Source of the DNA: Takakia lepidozioides
Taxonomy: Eukaryota > Plantae > Bryophyta
Length of the DNA stretch: 64,000 nucleotides
Direction: 5' to 3'
Assembly: GCA_030704615.1 (NCBI GenBank)
Contig: CM060732.1
Span: 5,394,001-5,458,000 of the forward strand
The translations under genes were made by a program, and so were the position numbers. The notes under the pieces are model-generated. The model was given only the letters and a program-made list of their open reading frames with translations, was not told the origin of the DNA and made no database searches. Below, in pieces: positions 49,217 to 61,200 of this stretch (position 1 is its first letter; the number at the start of each line of letters is the position of its first letter).

Positions 49217-49735
49217 TTATTCTGAATCTGAAACATATTCGTCACCCTCTGAATCACTTTGCTCAACTGGAATAGCGGTTGGTTGCACAAACGCCGCTTG
49301 AATGGTAGCCAACATAGCCAGGTCTTCTTTATTTAGAGCCGTGGCACCATCTAATGACCTAGGTATTGGCTGATCTGATAAGGTAGATGGTGCCTGAAGG
49401 CCATCGAAATCTGCATTTTCTCCAATGTCACATTGATCTATGTCCGCCACAATCTTTTTTGCTCTTGGATCCTTCCGAAGGACTACCTTCCACTCCGAAC
49501 TTGGGGACTCATCCGAAAAGAACACCCATTCAACTTGAAATGGAAAGATGAACGGCTGATCATTGGCAGGTAACATCCTCCCAAAATTCGCAACTAGAAA
49601 ACCATACGAATCCCGATTCATTGTAGCATTTTGTCTAACGAGGTTGGCCCTCACCCAAGCACAACGAAATACAATAGGGTGCACTCGTCCATAATCCAAT
49701 TTGAAGATCTTTTTGATGACCCCACCAACTGTAAT
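49217..49735 (-). pseudogene. CACTA transposase C-terminal DUF4216-like exon
   Basis: 'GVIKKIFKLDYG...VFRCAWV...DSYGF...DQPFIFPFQVEWVFFSD...WKVVL'. Confidence 0.85.
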
Positions 49736-50056
49736 GAAACTACTTTTATTAAGGAGTGCAACCAAGTAACAGTTATGTTAATGGTCTTGGAAACTAACAA
49801 GTCGATAGTGGCATTATACATTGGATCAAACAAACCAAACAATAATGCAAATATTATAGACGAACTCAATGGTGAGAAGGTTAAAATCAATAGATGTAAA
49901 GACACTAACATTATGTAAAGCCTACATCCCAGGGAAACAACACAGGGAGGAATTCTTTATTGAAGGAGGTACTAGAATTACAGAACTGTTAGGTCTAATA
50001 CATGCAGACCAATGAAGACTGCAACACAAAGTGGATCTAAGTACTTCATCACTTCA

Positions 50057-50770
50057 TAGATGATTTCTCTAGATTTACAGTTGTTTACTTATCAAATCAC
50101 AAGTCTGGGGTTTCAAAGATTCAAACAGTATAAGGTATTAATTGAAAATCAGTTTAGTAAGAAAATAAAAAGTTATAGGGCCTAATGGAGAAGGTCATAC
50201 GAGGTATTAAGTTAAGTGGAAAAAGAAGGCATGAGGGATTTGGTATGAGGGAGATGACCTTGTTATTTTTTGGGTGCCAAAGGTTGCATATACTTCATCT
50301 TTTCAATATGAAGGGTTTCGATTTGTTCTATATGAAATAAATATACATTTGAATCACTTCTTTTCTGTTGGAAGGTGTAAATCATTCATAATTCTTGGAG
50401 AGCACTAGATGATTTATGTAGATTTACAGTTGTTTACTTATCAAATCACAAGTCTGGAGTTTGAAAGATTCAAACAGTTTAAGGTACTAATTGAGAATTA
50501 GTTTAGTTAAAAAATAAAAGTTATAAGGACTAATGGAAAAAGTCTTACCAGGGTATCAAAGTTTAAGTGGAACAAGGAAGCATGAGGGATTTGACATGAG
50601 GGAGATGACCTTGTTGTCTTTTGGGTGCCAAGGGTTGCATATCCTCTATATTTTCAATATAGAGGGTTTCGATTTGTTCTATATGAAACAGATATACATT
50701 TGATTTTGATTTTTATTTTATTTTTGTAAATTATTCATCATTCATGGAGAGTACTAGATGATTTCTCTAG
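50057..50770. repeat. ~350-bp tandem duplication inside the CACTA element
   Basis: 'tagatgattt...agatttacagttgtttacttatcaaatcacaagtctgg' at ~50057 and ~50407. Confidence 0.85.
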
Positions 50771-51102
50771 ATAATTCTACAGATTGCAGTCCTATACAAA
50801 TCAGATTCCTTTATGAGCACTATATACTTCCATGTCTAAAGTGGCTGTGATGCATGACAGTCCCTCCTCAGTGGTTCAAACAACTCATTTAGTGCATTAT
50901 TAGCCTCTCAAGTGATGTCAACAACTTCCTAAGCATCATGGATACTAACTCTTACCACTCCACGAGTTATTAATGTGAAGTCCAAATTACATGCAGTACT
51001 GCTACTTTACCACTCGGAAAGTAAGAAGTAATCACTATAGGGGCACTACCTTTTCCATTTACAAAGAGCATTGAACTCAAACAAGTACAAGTGCAAGGGG
51101 TA

Positions 51103-52767
51103 CCTTCCAGTATGGTAAATCCCATAGGCAGCTGCGCCTTTTGATACCATGAACCTTGGCTAGATGAACTTTAGCATCAGGAAAAGCACGGGGGTCAAGG
51201 TCATAACCTTCAGCCTCAACACCAGCGGCCTCTTGTTCAACCGGTGTAAACGGATGTGGCTTCGCATGCATCTCCACCTATCAATTGAAGTGTATGCGGT
51301 TCCTGCGGTATGGATGGGCCTGAGGGAGGAGCCTGCGGTGACCTTGATAGACAGTTTTTCCCAGAACTTTAGAGTGTCTTGCATCTACATGAGGACCGCA
51401 TACTGGACACCCTTTGTAGCCTTTTGTGACACATCCTGCAAGTAGGCCATAAGCAGGAAAATTGTGGATGCTCCATTGTAGTATGACGCATAGTATGAAG
51501 GTTCTCTCACCAACAGGTTTGCATATGTCATATGCCCGAACCCCCCTCCACAAAACAAGTAACTCCTCCATCAGTGGTGCTAAGTACACATCTATGTGCT
51601 CACTTGTAACTGACTGCTTTCCTGGAATCAAGAGAGTAAGCATGACAAAGAACTTCTTTGTAGTGAGCCAGGGAGGTAGGTTGTATACCAGCGTCAACAC
51701 TAGCCATGTTGACCAACAATTGTTCTTATCACCAAACAGGTTGACTCCATCGAAGGAAAAACCAAGCCTTACATTGCGAGGCTCTGCTGCAAAGTCAGGT
51801 AGCATCAATGTGTTTCCAAGCCTTTGAATCAGCTGCATGGTGCACAAGGCCATCGTTGCTTGCATTCCGACTATGCTAGGTCATTAATTCTGCAATAGAA
51901 GAGCATCTATACATACGCAAAATGTGTGGTATCAATGGAAAATGTCGAAGCACCTTAACAGGTACCTTGGATCTCCCCACATTTTTGAATCGGGCGCTTT
52001 GACACTTGGGGCAACTCTCTGAAGTTTTCAAGTCCCCCCTAAACAACACACACCCCTTTGGGCAAACATTGATTTTCTCATAAGCAAGCCCAAGCGTTGC
52101 TCACCATGGTCTTTGCATGGTAGAAAGATGTGGGTAGTACGTTTGGTTGTGGCAACAAGGTTTTCTGCAGCAAAGAGAACATTTCATCCGCAAAGCCATT
52201 TGTAACCCCATGTGTTGCGCATAGATTCATTATAAGCATGGTGGATGCAAGCTTAGAGGATTTACAGCCTTCATATAAAGGTAGACATGCCTCTTCCAAT
52301 GAGATGGGATCATCAGTGTGAGAGTCCCCACCCGCAACCAGGTCATGGGCTTCTGGTGGGATGTTCGTGTCACCGGGAACATCTAGGTCATCTAATTCCA
52401 CTTCTGCCCCATTTCCAGTTTCAGGTGTGTCTATGATCTGAAAGGTCTCTTGGATCATGCGCTGTACCTCAACATTTCTGTCCAATTCTCCCTGTGTCCG
52501 ATGATTTGCTAAAGCTACGTCGTCACCAACCACCATGGCCGTGTCTTCCCATTCATCGTCAGAAGCATGCCTCCTTGCTCCTCTCCAGGATCTGAACGCA
52601 TGGGATCTATGATTGGCCATTAGATGTTTTCTCACTGTCTCTATAGAGACCGGTCGTCCACCCTTACAGTGATTGCAAGGGCATCTTAACTTGTTGAGAC
52701 CATACTCTCGACACCGCACAACCTCACGCTGAAAAAGAGCATCGTCGCACTGTTGTAATCTCAGCAT
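51103..52767 (-). pseudogene. CACTA Tnp2 transposase (transposase-associated domain and Transposase_21 core), frameshifted
   Basis: 'LRCPCNHCK', 'PLYEGCK.SKL', 'FAAEPRNVRLGFSFDGVN...YNLPPW...LLIPGK...IDVYLAPL', 'GYKGCPVC', 'LWDLPYWK'. Confidence 0.9.
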
Positions 52768-54869
52768 GGCAGCTGCTCTGTCAGGCTCGATGATGCTAAG
52801 GAATTCTTTTCCTGGTATGAGGGGAGAATCAAGATTAATATACCAAATCCCTAAAAAGCAAGAATTTCAACAATCTATTGTACGTCTCTACTCATAGAGT
52901 TGTAAGGTACCACTTTCTGAGTGGTTGTTTCACACCTCATATTTCTACTTTAGAACTACAAAAAGAGTGAGTATGACTCTGACAGTGCAAAAAATGGAAA
53001 AAGTTGCCTCTTGTCATCTACAAACCACCTTCTTAGTAATATTCAGAGTGGATCGAATCACTACGTGGTGACCTAGCATACCCTACTTCTAGGTACAAGC
53101 TATAGTGCTTTATGATAGGATGTCTTGAAGGTTGTGAGCAGTAGCCCAACCCATCATATGCATTTGTAGTTAGCACGAAGCCGTTAGCCCGTTTGTTGTC
53201 ATGTGCTTATATCTACAGCCTCCTCCATCGTTCAATCTGAATGTGCACTTGTAGGGTTTAGTTAGGCTCAGTCTCTTTTCAATTTTGCTAAAGGAGAGTG
53301 CAAGTTCTATGGCAAAGAGTGAACGCAGCCCAAAACATTTGAACGACGATGGCACTGGAGGCGATTTGGCAAGAGCACCTGGTTCAGTAGAGAGCAAAAG
53401 TGGAGGAGAAGAGGAGTCACTTACCCCAGGAGAATGCAATGGGATGGTGGAATATGAACGGTATCGTGCTATCAGGGTAGCTGAAAACAAAGCTTGGTTG
53501 TTGGATTGGAGCTCCAAGGGCACTCCACTGTAAGTTGAAGTTGTCTCCCTGCTCGAATACTGTTCATGCGATGATTCCTTCCCTCCTTCCCTGCACTTGC
53601 AATGCGATCGCAGCACCTGAGCCGAGAGGTGGCCTCCCCTGCGTTGCTTCCACGCTAGACTTACGTCTATTTCATGAAAGGTAGTTGAGGTCCCAAGAGC
53701 CCCTAGACGACTGCCATGTCAGCAGGATATAGTGGTTATGGACACTAGTGTAGTGGTTAATATGTACCCTAATTTTTTTTATAAAAAAAGCGACGTGTCC
53801 ACATCCCATCTCCGCCATTAGATGGACGTGGACCGTCGGATGCAACCCGACACTTGGACAACCTCATGTCTCTCACGCAGCGTACTAAGTGTGTGTGCTT
53901 CACTTTTTGAGCTTCCTGGGCTTGTGAGGACGTTTTGTTGTGAGTGACCCGGGCGATTGTGGGAGAGTAGAGAGAAACAAAGACCCCCACGTACTGCCCG
54001 CTATGTGTGGAACGGCCCAGTGCGAAGGAGTACTCGTTTGAGGGAGAGGAGTCCTGTTCACATGGGGGTGGCGGAGAAGGAGTCCAGCGACTTGGAGAGC
54101 AACCCGGGGGAGGATAGTGGAGCGACTCCTAGTGTTGACTACTCAGCAGAGAGCGAGAGCACGGACGAGGAGGAAGACCAGAGTGCTAAGAAGATCGTCG
54201 TTCGCATGACTCCTTCCAAGCGGCCCCAAGGAGGGTAACAAGCCCACGGTGGGATCCCTAAGACCCCTTCTGTCTCTGTCTCTATCTCTCTCCCTCTCTC
54301 ACCCTTAGTTCCTCTCAAATTGTGGAAGCAATTGAGCATTTTCATGATGTGTAGGGTTTAGGGTAGGGTTTTGTGTAAAGCAGAGGTAGAGGCAGAACCG
54401 AGCAAGGTTTAGGGTAAATCAAAGTGCGTAAGAGGCTGGGGGGTATGGTGGAGGAATGATCTTTGGAGTGATGAACTGATGGAGAAGGAAGTGTGTGGGG
54501 CTGGACTGAGAGTGAGGGAGAGGCTGGAGAAATTTTAATTAAGAAGCTGTGTTTTGCAACTATTTTGGGGGCATTGGTGAATGGGTGATTCAGTCATTGA
54601 GTGCTGCGATTTGTAGCAGATGGAGGGGCGAGTGTGTTGTGGACTCTTTAGTGATTAACTCATAGCATTTTGTCTCGTCCTCATGTTGTAGTGTGCATTG
54701 ATATGTCCCTCAGATTGTCTTGGTTTATGTCATTATGTCACTAGTAAAGTATATAACTGGCATAAATTTGCTATCTCAGTTGGTACTTGAAGTGTTTATC
54801 TAAGATCTGGTGTACTATCTTCAAACATACAACGAGCATACAACCTGTTTTGTGTGTTGTACAATCTGC

Positions 54870-55310
54870 ATAGAAGATGGTGATTGGTTTACGTAACCAA
54901 GCCCATTACTACTATGAATGGCTTGTGAACTTAAGGCATGAGTGGCTGATTGTTTCATTTCCAACCTGATATGCTTTGAGCCTGGTTCTAGAGATTTATC
55001 TCCAAACTTGCAATCTGCATTTGTGATGAGTTTACAATCTGCATATAGGCAATTTGATATATCAGTTTCAAGCCTATACAATAAACCTTTTTAGGAAAAT
55101 GAATGGCTCATGAAATGTATATGCTTACAGTGACTGAGATGGTGATTGGTTTATATAACCAAGCCTATTACTACTATGATTGGCTTGTGAACTTAAGGCA
55201 TGAGTGGTTGATTGTTTCATTTCGAACCTGATATGCTTTGAGCCTGGTTCTGGAGATTTATCTCCAGACCTGCAATCTGCTTTTGTGATGAGTTTACAAT
55301 CTGCATATAT
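54870..55310. repeat. Tandem duplication (~265-bp period)
   Basis: 'agatggtgattggttta...aaccaagcc.attactactatga.tggcttgtgaacttaaggcatgagtgg' at ~54875 and ~55137. Confidence 0.85.
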
Positions 55311-55850
55311 GGTGGTAAATGTTATATATCAAACCAAGGTTCTTTCCTAAATGTGAATGATCTGGAAACCTTGTTAGAAAGATGAATGGCTTACAAATTG
55401 GACTATGTATGGCTTGACCCATGGATTAAATTTCAAATGGTTAGAACATGTGTTAGGGTTTTAATACTGAATGGATGTGGACATTGCTAGGGCGCCAGAG
55501 CATGACATTCCATGCATTCACGCCATTGGATGCCAAACTTTTTTTGGCATGTTGGGCCAAGGTTTGTATGCGTTCACGAAGTGCCGACCTTGCTCGTTGC
55601 CCGGTTGACCTTATTTTCCATAATTGCTAACTTTGTGGGGTGGAGGGGCTTGTGTTAGGCTGCATCAAAGCGCGCAAAGGAAGGGGGGGACTGAGGCTAT
55701 GGCGAATGCTACTGGTCCACCTACGAGTTGGGTGCAACAAGGCCCAAATGGCCCATGGGTGCAATCCAGAGGTGGGCAAACGTGGCTGTAGCAAGGACCA
55801 CCTACCTGGCAGCAGCCCATGGCCCCTCCACAGACGACAAACACGTGGTC

Positions 55851-58210
55851 ATGGATTCCAAGTGGGTCCAATGGAGGACCCCAAGGAGCTTGGGTACAAG
55901 GAGGTGCCCAAACTTGGGGCCCTCCATGCAACGCCGTTGGTGGGCAGTGGGCAGGCCCCCCTTTTAATGGTGTTGCTCCTCCATTCACCCCCCCCTGCTG
56001 GTGATGATCAAGATTCCACACAGTAAGGGGATGTGGCGTCGCAGGCTGCAAACAAAAAAAGGCAAAAAAGGCTGGCTGCAAAGGAACATGAAACTGATGC
56101 GAAAGCCCGCAAATCTGGGCTGAAGCCGCACAAGGTACAACTAAACTCTAAGGGGGAAGTAGACCAGGGGTGTGAGGGGAAGGATTACTGGCAGAGCTCC
56201 TTGCGGGGACTCTGCATCAGATATCTTGATCCTAGCATTTTGCTAACAGACAAGCAGGAACCCAGTGACATGGCCAAGGTTAAGGAATCCATGGACGAGG
56301 ATTTTGAGTACTATCCTAAACTTATGAGCGTTGACAAGTTCTAGAAAGCATGTGGGAGAATTATAAAAGTACACTGCCAAAAGTTAAAGCTGGTGTGGAA
56401 GGCTGGAGGTCCATGCCCTCCGAGTGTAGAGTCCTGCCATTGGGATGCATTGGTGAAGTACTGGGAGTCCCCCAAGGGCAAGAAAGAGAGTGAGAACATG
56501 AAGAGAGCACGATCCAATGTTACCAACCCATCGAGGGTTGGAATTGCAGGGTTGGCTGGACAGGCCCGACGCTTGGTAATATGAATATCTACACCACATT
56601 TTAGTATATGTATACATCTATATGTATGTACATATATACATGTGTATGTGATGGAGTAGGATATCATCTCTGCCCTGTGAGGTAGTTGCAAACTGTCACT
56701 ACAGTCATGCCTCTATAAATGCCCCACTTGTTTGGATGAATAGGGGCTATTTTTTTTTTTGTTGTGGCCCTGGCAGAAGAAAGAGAGAGCACAAAGTCCA
56801 AGCATCACTGAGCTGGCACACGCATCAAAGGCGGACAAGGGTTTTGGCTCCCAGTCAATTGGAGGTGCACAGGTAAATGGCGTGTGGGTATTTTTTTTTG
56901 TTGCATTCATTTTGCTGGAGCAGTAGCCAGGCCATGCGGGCTGATTATGTCTCTTTCTTTGGCTCTATAGGGAGGGGGCAGTGTGATGCAGTCTCGACTG
57001 TCGTCCCTTGAGGGCAGTGTGCTTGCCTTGGCAGATGTTCAGATCTCGACAATTGAGGGCGAATTGGCCACTATAAAAGCAGAAGTTGCTAAGGCTTCTG
57101 CGGACAATAGCAAAAAACTGGATGCATTGATGGCAATGATGTTGGGAATGTCAGCAACCGCCCCTCCTCCAACTACTATCCCAATATGTACTGTTATTGA
57201 ACCTTGCAATTCCGACGCAGGCTTGGGAGGCAAGATTGCTACGGAGAAGGTGGTTTGTGCACCTTCACCCCAACTTTTTTGTGGTTGTCATCCATTCAGT
57301 GTTAGTTGACTTTGAAGTTTACTGCTCTGGTATGTTTTGCTTGGGTGCACGGAGAACCTCTTGAGGTTGGGGAAAAGCCAAAGTCGTCTGCCATTGAGGA
57401 CCTTGTGGTGACCCAAGTAAAATTGGGGCGCTAGTGAATTCCTGATAAATTGCCACGTAAGAAGGGAGGTGCAGCTAGCGGGATAGCAATATTGGCTACT
57501 AGTGAGGGCGTCTGCTCCACCGAGAGTGCTGGTAAGGGTGACAGTAGGGGGTTGGCAGATCAGCATGTGAAGCCAACTTCCCCACAGAAAGAGGTACACC
57601 CTCAAAGACTTTATCTTGGTTCCTGTCCTTGGGTTTTCTGTTTTTGACTCTGAAAACATTTCATGAATGATCTATTTATTGGTGTGTGCCATGAATTCTA
57701 TGCATCAGTATGGTAAGACGTACTCATGTACTATACCTTGTTGTTTTGTTGGCATGTAGAAGGGACTAAAGCATAGGACCCTGCCCCAGCCATCGTGAAG
57801 GGAGCTAAGAAGAAGTACATGCGAAAAGGAGAGCGTGTAACCAGAGCCACTGCTGCCAAAGGCACACAGTCCTTCACTGATGCAAATGGTGACATAACAC
57901 CAAGTTCTAGCGGGAGTAAGAGTCAGGTGGGCCTTCAAGAGGCATCTCTCCATGCAGCAGTTTCCGTACTAGAGGTGAGCATGCATGCACCTATTGGCTA
58001 TCAGTTCTGTACAATGTGGCCATTTACATGTTGGGTACTTCAAACTATTAGGAGATGCATTGCTAAATGTAATTGCTAAGGGGTGTTGGGCGGGATGTTT
58101 GCAGGCTGAGAAAGCCACTCTTGATATTGCCACCGACAGTGCACCAACTACGGCGCCTTCAAAGGCAACCCCCAAATATCAACCCCCTGCCACAGTGGCA
58201 GATATTCTTA
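55851..58210 (+). pseudogene. CACTA TnpA/Ptta-like (Transposase_24-like) spliced gene, truncated by A2
   Basis: 'WQSSLRGLCIRYLD...CPPSVESCHWDALVKYWESPKGKKESENMKRARSNVTNPSRVG'; downstream coiled-coil exon 56971-57250; GT-AG introns. Confidence 0.65.
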
Positions 58211-61200
58211 TGTCAAGTTATTTCACCACTAGTGTGAAAGTAGCTAGGAAATAGCTAGCTTTTACATATTGACATTTGGGATTGGCCCAAGTGTCAATCC
58301 AGGGGTCAAGGCAGATTTAGGCCCTGGAGTGGTTATCTTCATGGCAAGCGCGGGAGGCTCATCTTTCTCGAGTTGAGCCTCACCGCGCCTAGCTATGGCA
58401 CTGTAGTGTGGATTCCCCATGGCGTGGGGTGCACTTGGCTTGACTTGTATTTGAGTGATGAGGTTATATATGCATGAGTTTATGCTTTGTGAGCTCGTGC
58501 TTGTATTCTTCTTCTTTATCACTCGAGAAAGATGAGCTCGTATCTGTGAGTGCCAGATACGAGTTAGTTGTAGCACTTGTGGTTTTTGCTTGAGAATGAG
58601 AGAAACCAGGTTGTTATGCAAGGAGCACCATGGAGCTCTTGGTTGTTAGAAGTTTGAAGTATGAGGTGGTAGACCTTGGCATTCGATCTTCAGCTTCAGA
58701 GATGAAAGCACCATGCTGCAGGTAATTCCAGAGCACCTTGATGGTTTCAGATTGTGTACATGCATGAGCAAACACGATTGGGAAGAGGACCAGTCAAGAG
58801 CAGGTTATAGTGGCTTTGGTGGCAAAGCTGAGGATTGGACTTGGGAATGCGAGCTTTCATTGTGTGAAGGATTGCAAGACCAAGCAAAGGGCTGATTTGC
58901 TTGGGGCAAATCAGTGCACTTTGTGGAGTATGTTGAGATTGGTTTCAATCTTGAGCTTCAGCATTGAGAGGGCTCTTGTCATGGCAAGAGCAGGGCTGGA
59001 ATAGGAGCTAAGAGGTGCGGCAAGGCCATGGACACCTAGGATTTCAGAGCTTGGAAGAAGAGCTCTTGCACCACAAGAGGAGTGTCTTGTGGCTGGAAAT
59101 GTAAGCCTTGGGGTTTCAGGAGCTTGGCAAAGGCTGTGGAATGCTTAGTCTTGTCTTAGAGAGCATCAAGGAGCCAAGGAGCCAAGATAGGGGGCTGATA
59201 CCTCTTGTGTGAAGAGGTTGCATGTGTGGAGCATGTATTCAGCTCATTGAAGCTTCCATCTTCAAGCTTGGAGGGCAAGCAAGGAAGAGGGAAGGGCTGA
59301 CTTCCCTTATGTGAGGGCAATGCATGTGTGGGCATGCTTTCAGCCTGTTGAAGGCTTGTACTTTCAGGTTTGGGAGTGCAAGAAAGGAAGGAAGGGGCTG
59401 GTTCCCCTGTAGGGCATGTGTGGAGCATGCTTTCAGCCCGCTGAAGCTTGTATTTTCAGGTTTGTGGGTGCAAGAAAGGAAGCAAAGGGGCTGATTCTCT
59501 TGTGGTGAGAGTGGGGCATGTGTGGAGCATGCCTTCAGTCCATTGGGCTTTGTTTTTCAAGCTTTAGAGAGCTAGAATGGAAGGGTTAGGGCTGGTTCCC
59601 ACTTGGGTGAAAGAAAAGCACTTGTAGGGCATATGTGAGGTGGGGTTTCAACCTCAAGCCTAGATAGAGCATGGCTCTTGAAGTGGCAGGTGTAGGGGGC
59701 TGGAGTAGGCTCTAAGACAGATGCTATGGCCAAGGAAAACGCTTGAATGAGTGCTCACAAGGGCTGGAAACCAGCAAGGCTTGGTTGTTTGCCATTGAGT
59801 TTAGTGGCGTGTTTGGGGAGTCTAAGTGAGAAAGAAGGCTTGGTTTGTGGCAACCATCTTCCTCATGGCTTAGGGCTACTATTGGTGGTGTGTGGGAGCC
59901 GAAAGAGCAAGAATACCTTGCTGATTTCTTCACAGCCGCCATAGCTCGGTGCAAAGAAGCCTAGAGTCCAAGAGACATAAACCCTAGCTTGGCGTGGCTA
60001 AACCCTTGGAGAAATGGCTAAACTGCCATGAGTGGCCAATGATGGGGCTGTGACGGGCTGTGGCATGTAGGGCCGTGATCCTGAGACCTGTGTAGGGCTG
60101 TGATGGGCTGTGAGGGGTGTGGGCCGTGGCGGGCTGTGACGGCTGTGCCCTGTGGCTGTGGGGCTGTGATGGGCTGTGAGGGCTGTGATAGGCTGTGGCC
60201 TTTGGGGCTGTGACTCCTGTGACCTGTGTAGGGCTGTGACAGGCTGTGGCCTTTGGGGCTGTGATCCCTGTGACCTTTGTAAGGCTGTGACAGGCTGTGC
60301 CTGTGGCCTTTGGGGTTGTGATGGGCTGTGACAGGCTGTGACCTGTGGCTTTTGGGGCTGTGACGGCTGTGACCAGTGATCTGTGTGGGCCTGTGCTGGT
60401 CTGTGGTGGCCCGTGTTGACCTGTGGATGGCCTGTGCTGACTCATGGAGGGCACTGGTGGACTACCTGAGGACTGGCATGTGGTCTTGAAGGCCGAATTT
60501 TGAAGCTCGTGGAGGGCGGTTTGAGGAGTATCTTCATGATATTCCCATGGTCATGCAAGTGAGGGAAGAGATGAGAAAAAAAGTGTTGGGATGATGGCAT
60601 GCTGGGGTTAGGCATTGCTTTAGCTTCTCTTCCTCGTAGTTTTCCACCCTCTCAATAGGCCAAGACCTTTCCGTAGGTGGAGGCAAGAGTCAGTCCGGAT
60701 TTGGGCTGGGGTGTCCTTGCAGAAGCAACACCATGGAGTTGTTTTTGGTGTGGGGGAGTTGTCGTTATGATTTCTTGTGTTTGGATCCCCCATACTGCAT
60801 GCTTGACTGTGCGCCATGTTAGTTTTGTGTGGGCGCTTGTTTTTATAGGTGATTGGTCCGGATTTGATCACCGGACAGTCCTAGAGCATGCTGTCGATGG
60901 TGAGGCTGGGGTGATGACCAGTCAGACCATCATTGTTTCTCCTGTGGTGAGGTTGGAGGTGATGACCAGCCAACCATAGGAGTGCTTGCGGTGGATGCAG
61001 GTGCAGGTGTAGGCTATGTTAGGAACCTAGTATTCCAAACCATAAGCCGCAACAGGTTCTCTACCCGGTTACCTTGGAGAGGGGGTTAGGGACATGTTCA
61101 TGACCGGTTGAGTGACACAACACGGAGGTGCCACTAGTTGCTGGGGAAGTGCCGGTTTGAGCACTAGCGATACTAGTGGGTACACAGACGAGGTGTGCGG

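Larger units (their letters stand above)
48546..58210. mobile_element. CACTA/En-Spm DNA transposon (internally deleted; right part interrupted by A2)
   Basis: Dense AACCACT/AGTGGTT subterminal repeats at 48560-49130; Tnp2-family domains on the minus strand; TnpA/Ptta-like exons on the plus strand. Terminus reads TAGAGGAAAAA without an intact CACTA. Confidence 0.8.

Noticed and set aside
53285-54238. Separate gene from ORFs 53285-53533 ('EYERYRAIRVAEN') and 53957-54238
   Set aside because: Short and possibly upstream exons or remnants within the CACTA element; no confident assignment.
54350-54420. Interstitial telomere
   Set aside because: Only 2-3 imperfect TTTAGGG units; better explained as telo-box promoter-type motifs.
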